DNA of 64,000 bases from contig NC_043004.1 in NCBI RefSeq assembly GCF_006345805.1, positions 9,300,001 through 9,364,000 of the forward strand, in the 5' to 3' direction. A model generated the notes under the pieces. The model did not search any database. It saw only the letters and a program-made list of their open reading frames with translations, and was not told the origin of the DNA. The DNA is from Octopus sinensis. Lineage: Eukaryota. A program made the position numbers and the translations under genes. This document shows positions 1 through 11,527 of the stretch, piece after piece (position 1 is the stretch's first letter; each line of letters opens with the position of its first letter).

Positions 1-59
1 GCTTTCATATGTATTAATAATGATAACTCAAAAAGCCAGAACGATCAATTATGTCCGCC

Positions 60-155
60 TCACTGCTTGACTGGAGCTATAGCTTATTGAGCCCGAAGGG
101 GTGAAAGCTAAAGCTAATTTGAAATTAGAAGGATGGGATCTGAACTGAGAACGTG
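60..155 (-). mobile_element. Degraded SINE family A fragment
   Basis: gagcccgaaggggtgaaagctaaag...gatctgaactgagaacgt resembles the reverse strand of the family A core seen at 26545-26779. Confidence 0.4.
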
Positions 156-643
156 AATACAAGATACTCTTGATCGTACCAATCCACCAAATATCTATAT
201 TTTTAGCCACATACACATTCACACACATATAAGCATTGAAAATATACATTTATTGAGCATAACGAAAATATTTTACGTAGGGAAGACTTTAAACTGAGGT
301 TTCAGGAAATCTGAAAATTAAACCATGCTTAGAGAGCGATAAGATACTGAAATGTTTCAATACCAAATGTGATACGACATTAAAACGATTAAAAGGAATC
401 AAGACTCGCCTAAAGTTTAAATTTTAGCATCTATCGTTTCATTATTTGAATTCCATCAATGGAGTTTGAAGAAAGAACTCAAATAATTATAGAGGGAACG
501 ATAGGGAACATATCTAGAGATAAACTTTTACGAGTATACTTATGTATTATACACAGGCATGTATTATATATATATATATATAATATATATATACTATATA
601 TTATTATATATATATATATAATAATATTATTATATATATATAG

Positions 644-689
<46 letters not shown>

Positions 690-924
690 GGATACTAAGT
701 TTATATTACATAGATAACTATATTTAAAGGCGCGGATTTACCACACACACAAACGAGTGTATGTGTGTGTGTGTGCGCGTTGTTAACAAATACATGTATA
801 TAAGTCCGTTGACAGATAATCCTTCCCTTCCCTTCCGAATGCCAAATAGCTTAATTATACACACACACAACACACATACACACACACACACACCACACAC
901 AAAACACACACACACATACATACC

Positions 925-957
<33 letters not shown>

Positions 958-2927
958 ATATTCTTTCTAGCATATGGCGCACGCATATTTCTTGTGAGTT
1001 TTTTACAGTAATATTATTTTAGGTGGATCTCAAAATATTGCACGCATGACTTGAAACATGTAGTGAAAAATCTCCCATTACACACACACACACACACACA
1101 CACAAACATGTAGACTTAGACACACAGAAACACTCACACACATTTATACGTAATCTATAATCATATATGCATAGGCAGCTAGTATTTCTAGTTATTTTTT
1201 TTATAATGGTTTCACGTTAGTATCTTGTCTTTTGTACATAACTGCAGTGATTTCTGACATCGTTGTCGAGCAACAGAAAATGGTGGTATATCACATGATG
1301 TTTGACGTCACCATTACTCCATAATTTCCTCCCGAAATGAGATGTTAGAAACGCTGCCATAATTCTTTCGGATTGTCAACATGATTTCAAGCAATCTGTT
1401 CAGTACTTCTTTATGATATGATATTTCTCCGTCATACTAAAACGTCACTAACTGAACCAATTATTTTATGAAGTGACCCATTCCAAACACAACTGAATTT
1501 CAATATTCGCTCTCTTATCCTTCCTTCGACGAATAAGCATCGGCTCAGTTTCTTTGAAATGTTCATATGGTGGTGTTTTCTATTCATAAATGAATTTTCT
1601 GTTTAGCGCTTTTAAGAGAAAGCGTTGCAATTTTTTTCAAGTGTTGTGGCCTTGTACACAATGCAGTCGCTTAACAATGGTTATATTTGCGAAAACCGTC
1701 ACCCAGCTACTTACTCTGTAAATATATATCGGCATAATGTCAGTAAACTAAATAAATACGTTGTGATTGGTTAAAGTCTTGTATTCGATGCCTTAGCATG
1801 ACTGCAGTCCAAAGGCCTAACATAATAAGAGCAAAAGAATAAAATAACGTACGCATGTACGCACGCACATCCTCCCACACGCTCACATATACATATACTT
1901 GTGTGTGTGTGTTTGTGCGTATAAAGGGAGAAACGGGGAGAGTGAGAGGAATTTTTCTGGCTTTTTACGACATGGAAAATCATGAGCTCCAAAGAAGGGA
2001 CCTGGGTGTTATTAGAGTCTTAAATAATTTTGATTTAAATTAAATCTAGAAATGTAGAATCTATTCTGTTTCGGTTCCAGACAGAACTGTCAAAATACTA
2101 ATTGAAGGCTTGAAATTGTTCATACAAATATAAAGATATTATATTGAGGAACGATTACAGAAGGAGAGGAAGAAAGAAATGAAAGTGAATGGAAGAACGG
2201 CGAGGAATTAGGAGGAGTTGCATATTTATAGAAAACAATTTATGCTGTTATTGGGTGGAGACCTACACAATAAACACGGTAAGTAATGCAGAGTTAGACA
2301 AAAAATAAATCAATAGATTTTATTATATGCGAAGGAGGTAATGTGACATCAACTGATTCTTAAATGAAATTAAGTGTGAATGAAAAAATTAGTAATGGTT
2401 AAAAATAAACGGTTGTTGAAAATGGGAGGGGGGGAGCGAATGGAGGCTGAAAATGAGTAAAATTTATTACTAATAAAGTTGGAAATGCGAAACTGTCAGA
2501 AAGAAAAGAATTTAGAAGAAATGGAAATTTGTTGATATGATGTGGTCAATATATAAGCATGCGACTATAAAAATGTATAAAGTACGATATGCAAGTCAAT
2601 GGATTAATATATATTGAACAGTTAATATTGGGACGCATATATATATAAATATATATATATATATACGGAGTAATATATAATACGTTAAAGAATTTGGTTT
2701 CATCATATTCAATAAAGTGAGCTTATACGGTAATTTATTAGCATTTAATGCGTGGAGAATATATGAATGAGATCATGCAGTAAAATTAATAAACGTGAGA
2801 TTTTTGGATATTTCTCATTTTTCCTCCGGAAAGCAAATGTTAAATTCTAGTGTTTCACATTTTAAAATGAGTAAAGACCGAGGAAATTGACTGAAAGTCT
2901 AATTTTAAAGTGACTGGATGATAAAGG

Positions 2928-3065
<138 letters not shown>

Positions 3066-4172
3066 GGGAGAGTTTACGAAAATAACAAAAGACGAAGGCA
3101 GGTGGAGTACAAACAAACAAATGTATTAGTATAACGCTCAGAAATAGAAAAAGTCTTTTACGTTTCGAGCCTACGCTCTTCTACAGAAAGGGACACAGAA
3201 AAAACAAGGAGAGAAACAAGGAGAGAAAAAAATGTGTGTAGTGGCTAGCGATCTATCGTGGCGACTGACTCGGACAGAAGGGTCACACATGAGAGGGGAA
3301 AGTAGGGGAGATAACAAAGTAAAGATGACCCCAACACAAAGGTGCGTGTATGTATAAGAGAGTATGAATGTGCGTGTGAAGGAGGGCTGGTGGTCTGGAC
3401 ATGTACGTGCATGTATGTATAGGTGTGAAAATGTGGGGATGGGTGTGTGGGTGGTGTGTTGTGATGTGATGTGTAATGTTGTATGGTGTATGTGGTGTGG
3501 TGTGAGGTGTGGGAGGTGGGGGAGACGGTATGGCGAGAATGGGGGAAGCACGGGTGGTGGTAAGTGTGGGTTCGGCGGAGAGTTGGGGTTTGTGGGTAGG
3601 CAGAGGTGTAGGTAGAGGGGTAGGGCGGGTGGGGGGAGGGGGGGGGGGGGGTGTGTGGGATAGGATGGGGGGATGGGAAGGATAAGGAAGGTGAAGTAGG
3701 AATGTGTAGGAATGGGTGTGCTTATGGGGGGAGGGGAAGGTGGGTATGTGAGGAGAGAGAGGAGGAGAGAAGAGGGAAAGAGAGGGTGAAAGAGTAAGAG
3801 AGATAGGAAGAGAGGGTGAAAGAGTAAGAGAGAAGAGAGAGAGAGAATAAGAGAGAAGAGAGAAAGAGAGAAGAGAGAAAGAGAGTAAGAGAGAAGAGAG
3901 AAAGAGAGAAGAGAGAAAGAGAGTAAGAGAGAAGAGGGAAAGAGGGGAGAGAAAGAGGGGAGAGAAAGAGAGTAGGAGAGAAGAGAGAAAGAGAAAAGAG
4001 AGAAAGAGAGTAAGAGAGAAGGGGGAAAGGGAGTAGGGGTGAAGAGAAGTAGGAGTAAAGAGAAGTAGGATTCGGAGCAAGAGAGGAGAGTTGGATGTGA
4101 GGAAGTAGGAGGGAGGTTAGATGAAGAGAGGAGAGAAGTAGAGTGAGGGAGCAGAGAGAAAGAGAGACCTTC
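3066..4172 (-). mobile_element. PLE family 1 3' region/pLTR copy with expanded purine tract
   Basis: 3066-3330 and about 4030-4170 are the reverse complement of about 56220-56688, the tail of the GIY-YIG element; e.g. gtaggattcggagcaagagaggagag vs ctctcctctcttgctccaaatcctac. Confidence 0.8.
3155..3190 (-). ncRNA. Minimal type I hammerhead-like motif, variant core CUGUAGA
   Basis: Minus strand CUUU-CUGUAGA-A-GAGC(GUAG)GCUC-GAA-ACGU-A-AAAG: stem I CUUU/AAAG, stem II GAGC/GCUC, palindromic stem III ACGU, GUA triplet. Confidence 0.65.
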
Positions 4173-4332
4173 CTTCCTATCTATCTATCTATTTATCTAT
4201 CTATACACGCGCACGCGCGCACCACACACACATACTTCTATATATAAGGATAAAAGTTTATTAAAAAAATTTGTCTGTAGCCAGCATATGAAAATACCTT
4301 TTAAGATAAAAATTATAAATACAATTATAAAA

Positions 4333-4544
4333 ATAATTACAATAAGGGCAAAAGAAAATAATTTTCTTTGCCTGTATGCTGGAAAATAGACGCTAAATCG
4401 TCTAAATACATGAAGTGTTTTCACTATATTATTTTCGACATGTGGTGTGATATAGAGAAAACATTTTATGTGGTTAGACGATTTAGCGTCTATTTTGCAG
4501 CATACTGGCAAAGAAAATTATTTTCTCTTGCCCTTATTTATAAT

Positions 4545-4547
<3 letters not shown>
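4333..4547. repeat. About 215-bp foldback (MITE-like inverted repeat)
   Basis: Arms of about 95 bp are near reverse complements; ORFs 4197..4511(-) and 4368..4583(+) give almost the same peptide. Confidence 0.9.
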
Positions 4548-4578
<31 letters not shown>

Positions 4579-4594
4579 CATAGATATATATATA

Positions 4595-4667
<73 letters not shown>

Positions 4668-4710
4668 TATATATATATATGATTAACCTCGCTAAGTTAA
4701 ATATTTAAAT

Positions 4711-4772
4711 CACCTGAAGAATGACTGTAACTCGAAATTTAAGAATTCGACAGCCATGAAACGATCGTAGTG
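4711..4772 (+). ncRNA. Type I hammerhead ribozyme motif with canonical core
   Basis: CAC-CUGAAGA-AUGACUGU...ACAGCCAU-GAA-ACGAUCGU-A-GUG: stem I CAC/GUG, stem II 7/8 paired, palindromic stem III, GUA triplet. Confidence 0.75.
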
Positions 4773-4920
4773 TTATACTAATTATCTTTTTTTAATAATT
4801 TTGATATATATTTAAAATAATATAAATTAATTAATCTTATGTATTGGCTTAAGTTTTTCATTGTATGATTTGCCTTATAGTGGTTTTATCTCTAATTTAA
4901 TATAATATATAATATATATA

Positions 4921-6935
4921 TAGTGATACTTCGCATCACGAGTTTAATTCGTTCCGTAATCGAGCTCGTTTTACGATTTACTCGTTTTACAAATCAATTT
5001 CCTCCATTGTAATTAACTAAAATATAATTAATCCGTTCCAGCCCCACAAAACCACCCAAAAATAATTGGGGGTGGTGGTTTAAAACAAAAAAGGTGTAGT
5101 TACAAGTAAAATGACAATTAAAAAAAGAGAATGTAAAAGAAATCTGTAAACCGGTTTTATTAACTGAATTAGCCTTAAAGATGGGGCAATTTGTGCGCGT
5201 GGAAGAAGATGGGGCGGGGTGGAGGAGGATTGCTGTTTGGAAAGAGAGTCTCCTTCCATTAAGAATTCAGGAAGAACACTTTGTGGCGTTTTCTCTCTCA
5301 CTTCGCTTAATTTAGGCTTTTTGGACACACTTTTCCCCCTCTTTACACTTGTAGGTCGTTTCATTAGAAACATACCAAGAGAAGTTTTCCTTTTCCTGCC
5401 TTTCAAAATGTTACAAAAATGCGTCAGAGCAGAGTCATTAAAGAAAGTAACTGCACGACCCGCAGCTACTTTTTCAGGATTATATTGGTCTACAAATTCA
5501 GAAACACACTGCCACTTTGCCAACACTGCCTTTATGTCAGTCGTAGAGATAGAAGTCTCCGCTACACTGTTCTCCTCTGGGGAACCTCTCTCTCTTCCAC
5601 CGCATCCAAATACTGCTGCTCCTGATACTGCAGGAGTTCACCTGTCCTCAACTCCTCTGAGTGTTCCTTGACGAGATCGTTAATGTCCCCATCGTTAACT
5701 TCGAGTCCCATGGACTTGCAAAGAGACACTATCTTCTCGACCCCAAGTGTCTCACATTCAAACCCCTTGAAGTCTCTTTCGGATACTCAGTCAGGCCACA
5801 GTTTTCTCCATGCAGAACTCAGCGTTCTCCTCGTTACACCCTGCAAGGCCATTTCGATGATTTACAGGCAGTTTACAATGTTGTAGTGCTTCTTCCAAAA
5901 CTCACTGAGGGTAAAATTTGTATTTTCGGTGACTTCAAAGCATCGACGAAACAGGTGTATGGTGTACAATTTCTTAAAATTAGAAATCCTCTGTTGGTCC
6001 GGACTGCAAATTAGGGGTGCTATTGCGTGAAAGGTACATAAATTTTATAAATTTAAATTCGTCCAAGATATCATCTTCGAGGTTAAGAGGGTGGGCAGGA
6101 ACTTTGTTGAGGATGAGAAGGGCCTTGAGAGGAAGATCGTTCTCCAGAAGGTACTTTTTCATTGCTGGCCCGAAGACAAGGCCAACCCACTTGGTGAAGA
6201 ATTGCCTGGTGACCCTCCACAAGACCTGCAGTTTCTCCTTCTGGATTTTGTTCGAGTTGAACGCTCGTGGGTTTTCGGAAAGGTAGACAAGGAGCAGCTT
6301 AATCTTCAAGTCCCCACTCGCATAGGCACAAAGGGCAAAAGTTAGCCTATCTTTCATAGGTTTGTGGCCTGGCATTTTCTTCTCCGCTGCAGTTATGTAG
6401 GTTCTTCTGGGCATTTTTTCCCGAAAAAGGCCTGTTTCGTCACAGTTGAATACCTGTTGTGCGATGAGCCTGCGATGAGCTGCGATGAGCTGATGGAATT
6501 CACGCACGTAATCTTCAGCTACCTCCTTGTCAGAACTCGCTGCTTCTCCATACCTGAGGACGATATGAACACCAGTCCTCTTCTTGAAATTATCAAACCA
6601 GCCGCGACTGGCCTTAAATGCGTCGATGTTTCAGGGTTCTGCTTCAGGAGATCCCCATACAGTGCTCGTGCTTTCTCGCAGATGATAGTCTTCTAATCGT
6701 ATCCCCTGTGAATTGTTTCTCGTTGATTCACAGAAGCAATTTTTCCATCCTTTCGTGGACAGATGTGTATTGCTTAGAGAGCCTGGAGACACCCTTTGCT
6801 GTTATAATAGCCTCGATCTCATCCTTTTTCTTCAGGATGGTACAGATCGTCGACGTGCTTCTGTCCTATTGACGTGCTATGTCCACTCCACGCACTTCTC
6901 TCTCTTTATCAATAATTTCCTTCTTCACAACCTGG
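4921..6935 (-). mobile_element. Tigger/pogo DNA transposon, 5'-truncated, degenerate transposase
   Basis: Minus strand gives CENP-B/Tc5 HTH (ICEKARALYGDLL..ASRGWFDNFKKRTG), DDE_1 (QQVFNCDETGLF, KPMKDRLT, AWRKLWPD) and a Tigger-type C-terminus (5080..5526). One Tigger-type end (tagtgatacttcg...) at 4921 next to TA. Confidence 0.92.
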
Positions 6936-7770
6936 ATATAAAAACCAGAAAGATAGTGACTACCACTGGCAACTGTCACATCAACAGCGGCACCGATAGG
7001 ATTTATGTGAGACGAAGTGAACCATCATAAGGTCAGTCCCAACAGCCTTTGAATTTCGCTCAGACAACACCTACTGAACAGTAAAGAAAGAAATTAGTAT
7101 ATTCCATGCAAAACCAAAGCTGAGAACATCTTCAGTATTGAAGAAGAAATACTGTACAGGTATTCTGAGAGTATAACTCTCTCATGTGACCCAAAGGAAG
7201 CTGGACTGGCCTACCTAAACAGAAGCTTGGAGGAGAAGCGGGAATCATACCAGCAAAAAACAATGCATAGGTACATATCCCGTAAGCTAGAGGACAACAA
7301 CAGCATTGACAGGAAGAGTAACCTCTCCTCGATCTGTAATAGATACATTACATTACACCTAGAAAGATTTACATTCGCTGTTCAGGAACAGGAGATAGCT
7401 ACTAAATACCTGATAAACAAGGGGGACAAAGATACCACCAAACTTCCACGTTGCGATAAAAATTGTTGGATATAACTGTGTGGAAGAGATCACCCACATC
7501 GTCAGCAGCTGCCCCAAAATGTCTACAAGATAGTACCTGCCTCTGAGGTACAATGTTGTCTGCAGGAAGGAATGTGCTGCGGTATACATGAAAGGAATGT
7601 CAGAGCCAGCAGATATTTACACCTTTAGAAAGAAAAAACACCTCAATAAAAGCATCAATTTGGTACACACAGACTTGGTATTGTTCTGTAGGACAGGGAA
7701 CAAAGATCATGCAGGGTTGAAGAGGTCAGATCGAGTGTCCATATGGAAGTATCGTTCGTAAAGCTGCTGG
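6931..7770 (+). mobile_element. Dong/R4-like RLE LINE fragment (thumb, CCHC, endonuclease)
   Basis: LDIKTRKIV..HINSGTDRIYVRR; FAVQEQEIATKY; CVEEITHIVSSCPK; degraded PD..E endonuclease region; multiple stops/frameshifts. Confidence 0.8.
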
Positions 7771-8192
7771 TGATGAAGAAAGTGGTTCGGATGATTATGG
7801 TGTTATTGGTGATAGTGTTCGGAATGCGGACTATGAATCTCCTACTTAATCGCCTAATTTGTTGAAATGCAAATGAATTAGGTACAGACAAGACTCTGTG
7901 GTGGAAACACGATTCGATCTGCGAACCTCTCAGTTGAATGTCTTGTATTAAATTGAATATTCCGTTTACTAGGACCCTGTTCTCATCGCTTGTTTCCTCT
8001 CATCATATCATTTGTACATACTTTATGTTATTGAGTCTCTCAGGAGATCAGAAAAGGAAACTAGGTTGTCTTGCGATTTCGAACTCAAAATATAGAGATG
8101 TAAAACTCCTAATACTTTTGCTGCACATTTAACCTACGCTTTCTCAGAGACTTCTTTATGCATTCAAACCCATGACTGGGTAAAAGTACCCC

Positions 8193-8224
<32 letters not shown>

Positions 8225-8240
8225 TAATATATTTGTTATA

Positions 8241-8451
8241 CCCCAAGGGGCTAAAACAAGAGGGGAACAAACAAGGGCAGGGACAAAGGGATTAACGACT
8301 ACATCGACCCCAGTGCGTAATGGTACTAATTTATCGACCCCGAACGGATGAAAGGCAAGTCGACCTCGGCGGATATTTGAACTAAGAACGTAGACAGACG
8401 AAATACGGCTACGAATTTCGCCCGGTGCTAACGTTTCTACAGCTCGCCGCC
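8241..8451 (-). mobile_element. SINE family A monomer
   Basis: Reverse strand head ggcggcgagctg..acgttagcac, B-box gttcaaa, central gtcgacttgcctttcatcc motif. Confidence 0.88.
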
Positions 8452-9034
8452 TTGTATATATATATATATGGTGTGTGTGTGGTGTGGTGTGTGTGTGTGT
8501 GTGGTGTGTGTGTGTGTGTGTGTGTGTGTGAGTTGAAAAACCTCCGACTGACTGAAATTATTCTACCGGTTCGTTGGGAAAAACTGACTCCATCTCGTTT
8601 AAAAACTAAAAATAACAAGAACGATTACTGCGATAACCTTCTACCTAGATATTTGGAACTTAAGAGCGATGCAGAGGGCAGCGCAACTTGTATTTAAAGT
8701 TAATTGGCGGAATCAATGGACAAGTTTCGGTTTTATCTCATCTACTCAGTAATGAAAAGTGTATTCTACACAGATGGGTATGATGATGTAATTACACTTA
8801 TAATTTGAATATTTCTGTTTTAGAAACTTGTGTTGTACTTAACCGCATTTGTCCATTGTTATTATTCGTTTGTGCGTGTGTGTGTGTAGAGTGAGAGAGA
8901 AAGACAGAAAGCAAAAGGGACAGAGGCAGAGACAGAGACAGAGGAAGAAAGAAAGTGTGAGAGAGTGATTAAAAAGAATGCTGTGTCACTGATTGTGAAT
9001 ATGAAAAGTATCCCCCTATATATATATATATGTA

Positions 9035-9067
<33 letters not shown>

Positions 9068-9842
9068 GCATATATGTATATAAATAAATATATATCTACT
9101 TACCCACATATGTGTATATATATATATATATATATAGATAGATAGATAGATAGATAGATGTGGGGTAGTAAGATGGAGGCTGTGTTGTGACACTAACGTT
9201 GTACATCAACAATAACGCTCAGGGAAACTACTTCAGGGAAGCATTCTACTTTCTAAACAAACATATGACAGCAACTCATATAAGTAATGGAGGAAATTGA
9301 AGACTTCGTTCAGCTGAGATTATTCATGCAGTCAGTGGACAAAAACTCTCCCTCCCTAGGGTTGTATAAAATCTAAAAACAACAACCAAGGGAAATAACT
9401 CCTACAAAAACAAATAAATGAAATTTTTTGGAAAACAAACATAACTCGGAAGGGTGTGGATCTTGGCTTCATGCAGTTTGTTGAGAAACTCTCTCACTTT
9501 TCAAGCATGCGCACGCGCGCTAACACACATTCGCACACACACACCCACATATGCTCACTCAACATCCAGCTGTCTTAGAAATGTTCATTGGAGCTAGTTG
9601 TAAGATAAATCGCAAGACAAATATATTTCTTTGATACACCCAAAGGGGCAATGAGACCCTGGAGAGCACTTACCCAGGCCATCAAACCATATTCCATTCT
9701 GTAAATAGCCCCAGATATACATATTCTCCGAATACATATCTATGTATATGAAAGTGTGTATTAACATACACTTAGAAATATCTGCATATGTATGTGCTTT
9801 CATATACATGTATACAGGCATGCATACAAACATGCATGTATG

Positions 9843-9890
<48 letters not shown>

Positions 9891-9924
9891 ATTATATATA
9901 TAATACATATAAATATATACATAC

Positions 9925-9980
<56 letters not shown>

Positions 9981-10420
9981 ATATATTATATATATGTATG
10001 TATGTATATATATATGTTGTATGTATGTATTACATATTATATACTGCTGCCACGAAGCTGTTTTCCTGCCTTCAGTTGAATATTTTTTGTTTGCTTTCAC
10101 CGCTTGTTTCTTCTTTTTGTAAATATATTTTCTCTCCTCCTTTTTCATTATATTCGGCGTTTATTCTCTTTGGTCATTACTGAAAGGCACTTAAAGGAGC
10201 GCATCCTTGTGATGAATCATGCTATGATAGCCATTTATAAATATGTGTACATTGTACTTCAGTCTTCATTCAAGTAGATTTACATAAAAATGTTATTAAC
10301 CAGTTAATTAACAATATTGTTTTTCATTAGTTTTCTCTAACGACTAGTACTATTCTTCTTCATGCTATTGTTGTTATTTCCCATCGACTTTACGTGTTCT
10401 ACTTTTGTCCTTATCTTTAT

Positions 10421-10422
10421 TG

Positions 10423-10458
<36 letters not shown>

Positions 10459-10483
10459 ATTATTATTATTATTATTATTATTA

Positions 10484-10521
<38 letters not shown>

Positions 10522-10551
10522 TATTATATTATTATTATTATTATTATTATT
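10421..10551. repeat. (TTA)n microsatellite
   Basis: Directly visible. Confidence 0.95.
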
Positions 10552-10683
10552 ATGTTGTTGTTAGCAATAGTGTGTTTCTCCGTTTTGATGCTTTCACAAT
10601 ATGTCCCATGCATTGTATATTGTGCTATAGAAATCCTTATATCAAGCATATATTAAATCGTAAAAGCGTGAACATTTTGCATA

Positions 10684-10741
<58 letters not shown>

Positions 10742-10756
10742 AATATATATGTATAT

Positions 10757-11019
10757 ACACCAAAGTAAGCACATTAAAGTGAAACAAGGTGAGAAAAATA
10801 GTACTCGAATATCAGAGGTAGAGTAATATGCTATATTATTCTTAAAGCTGTAAAAGCATCACAAAATATCACAAAAAACTCTTACTCAGAGTTTTACTCA
10901 CGTTCACGGTCGTTGGACAGTTTAGATTAAGAATCTCAGTCACAACTGTCCGACGAACGGGAACATGAAACTCTGAGCAGCAGTTTTTGTGATGTTTTTG
11001 CAGCTTTAAGAATAATAGA
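10757..11019. mobile_element. PLE family 2 tail with inverted duplication, two degenerate hammerhead-like motifs
   Basis: Arms 10834-10922 and 10944-11017 are reverse complements; right arm has ctgt-c-cgacga-acg-ggaa-cat-gaaa-ctctgag at 10946-10983; related copy at 32683-32762. Confidence 0.7.
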
Positions 11020-11033
11020 GTGTATATATATAT

Positions 11034-11410
11034 ACTAGCAGTTTACCCCAGCGTTGCTCGGGCTTTAGAATTGGAATTTTTGAAAAGTAAAAATTTTGCA
11101 TTAGGTAGCTTGTTATGCTGTTTAAGTGAACATTTTTGTGGTTGAAATACACCGAAAAATGGCGACATAGCAGTAAAAAAAAATCGTAAAAAATCGGGAT
11201 TTAAATAGAAAAAAAAATACCTTTTTTGTGTAAATAATTTTTGGTGTTAACATGGTGCGATTTCAATTTTTTCTTCTACGGAAGGAAGAGCAAGCCTTCT
11301 ATCATACTCTCAATTTTGGTAAACTTGCGCCGCAGATTCTCGGAGGAGATAGTGTTAGTTGAAGGCTACCAAACCTGCCATACACAGACAACTTCAGCTT
11401 TATGTATATA
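11034..11410 (+). mobile_element. Non-autonomous Helitron/Helentron-like element (Lep1/DINE-1-like)
   Basis: Starts actagcagtttaccccagcgttgctcggg, ends cagacaacttcagctttatgtatata; shares its 5' end with 27804-28198. Confidence 0.6.
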
Positions 11411-11527
11411 TATATATATATACACACACATATATATATATACATACATATGTACATATATATATATAAAGTATATAGAGTACATATATAAATATATATA
11501 GATACACACACACACACATATATATAT

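Noticed and set aside
1260-1700. Faint Tc1/mariner-like peptide on the minus strand (AAFLTSHFGRKLW)
   Set aside because: No catalytic motif or TIR recognisable; too degraded to call.
9190-9350. Possible PLE endonuclease C-terminus (REAFYF..NGG)
   Set aside because: Only a few residues match and no hammerhead or pLTR follows.
9674-9698. 25-nt minus-strand micro-exon (cag...gtaagt; NGIWFDGL)
   Set aside because: Perfect donor but weak pyrimidine tract and no partner exons; expected by chance in 64 kb.
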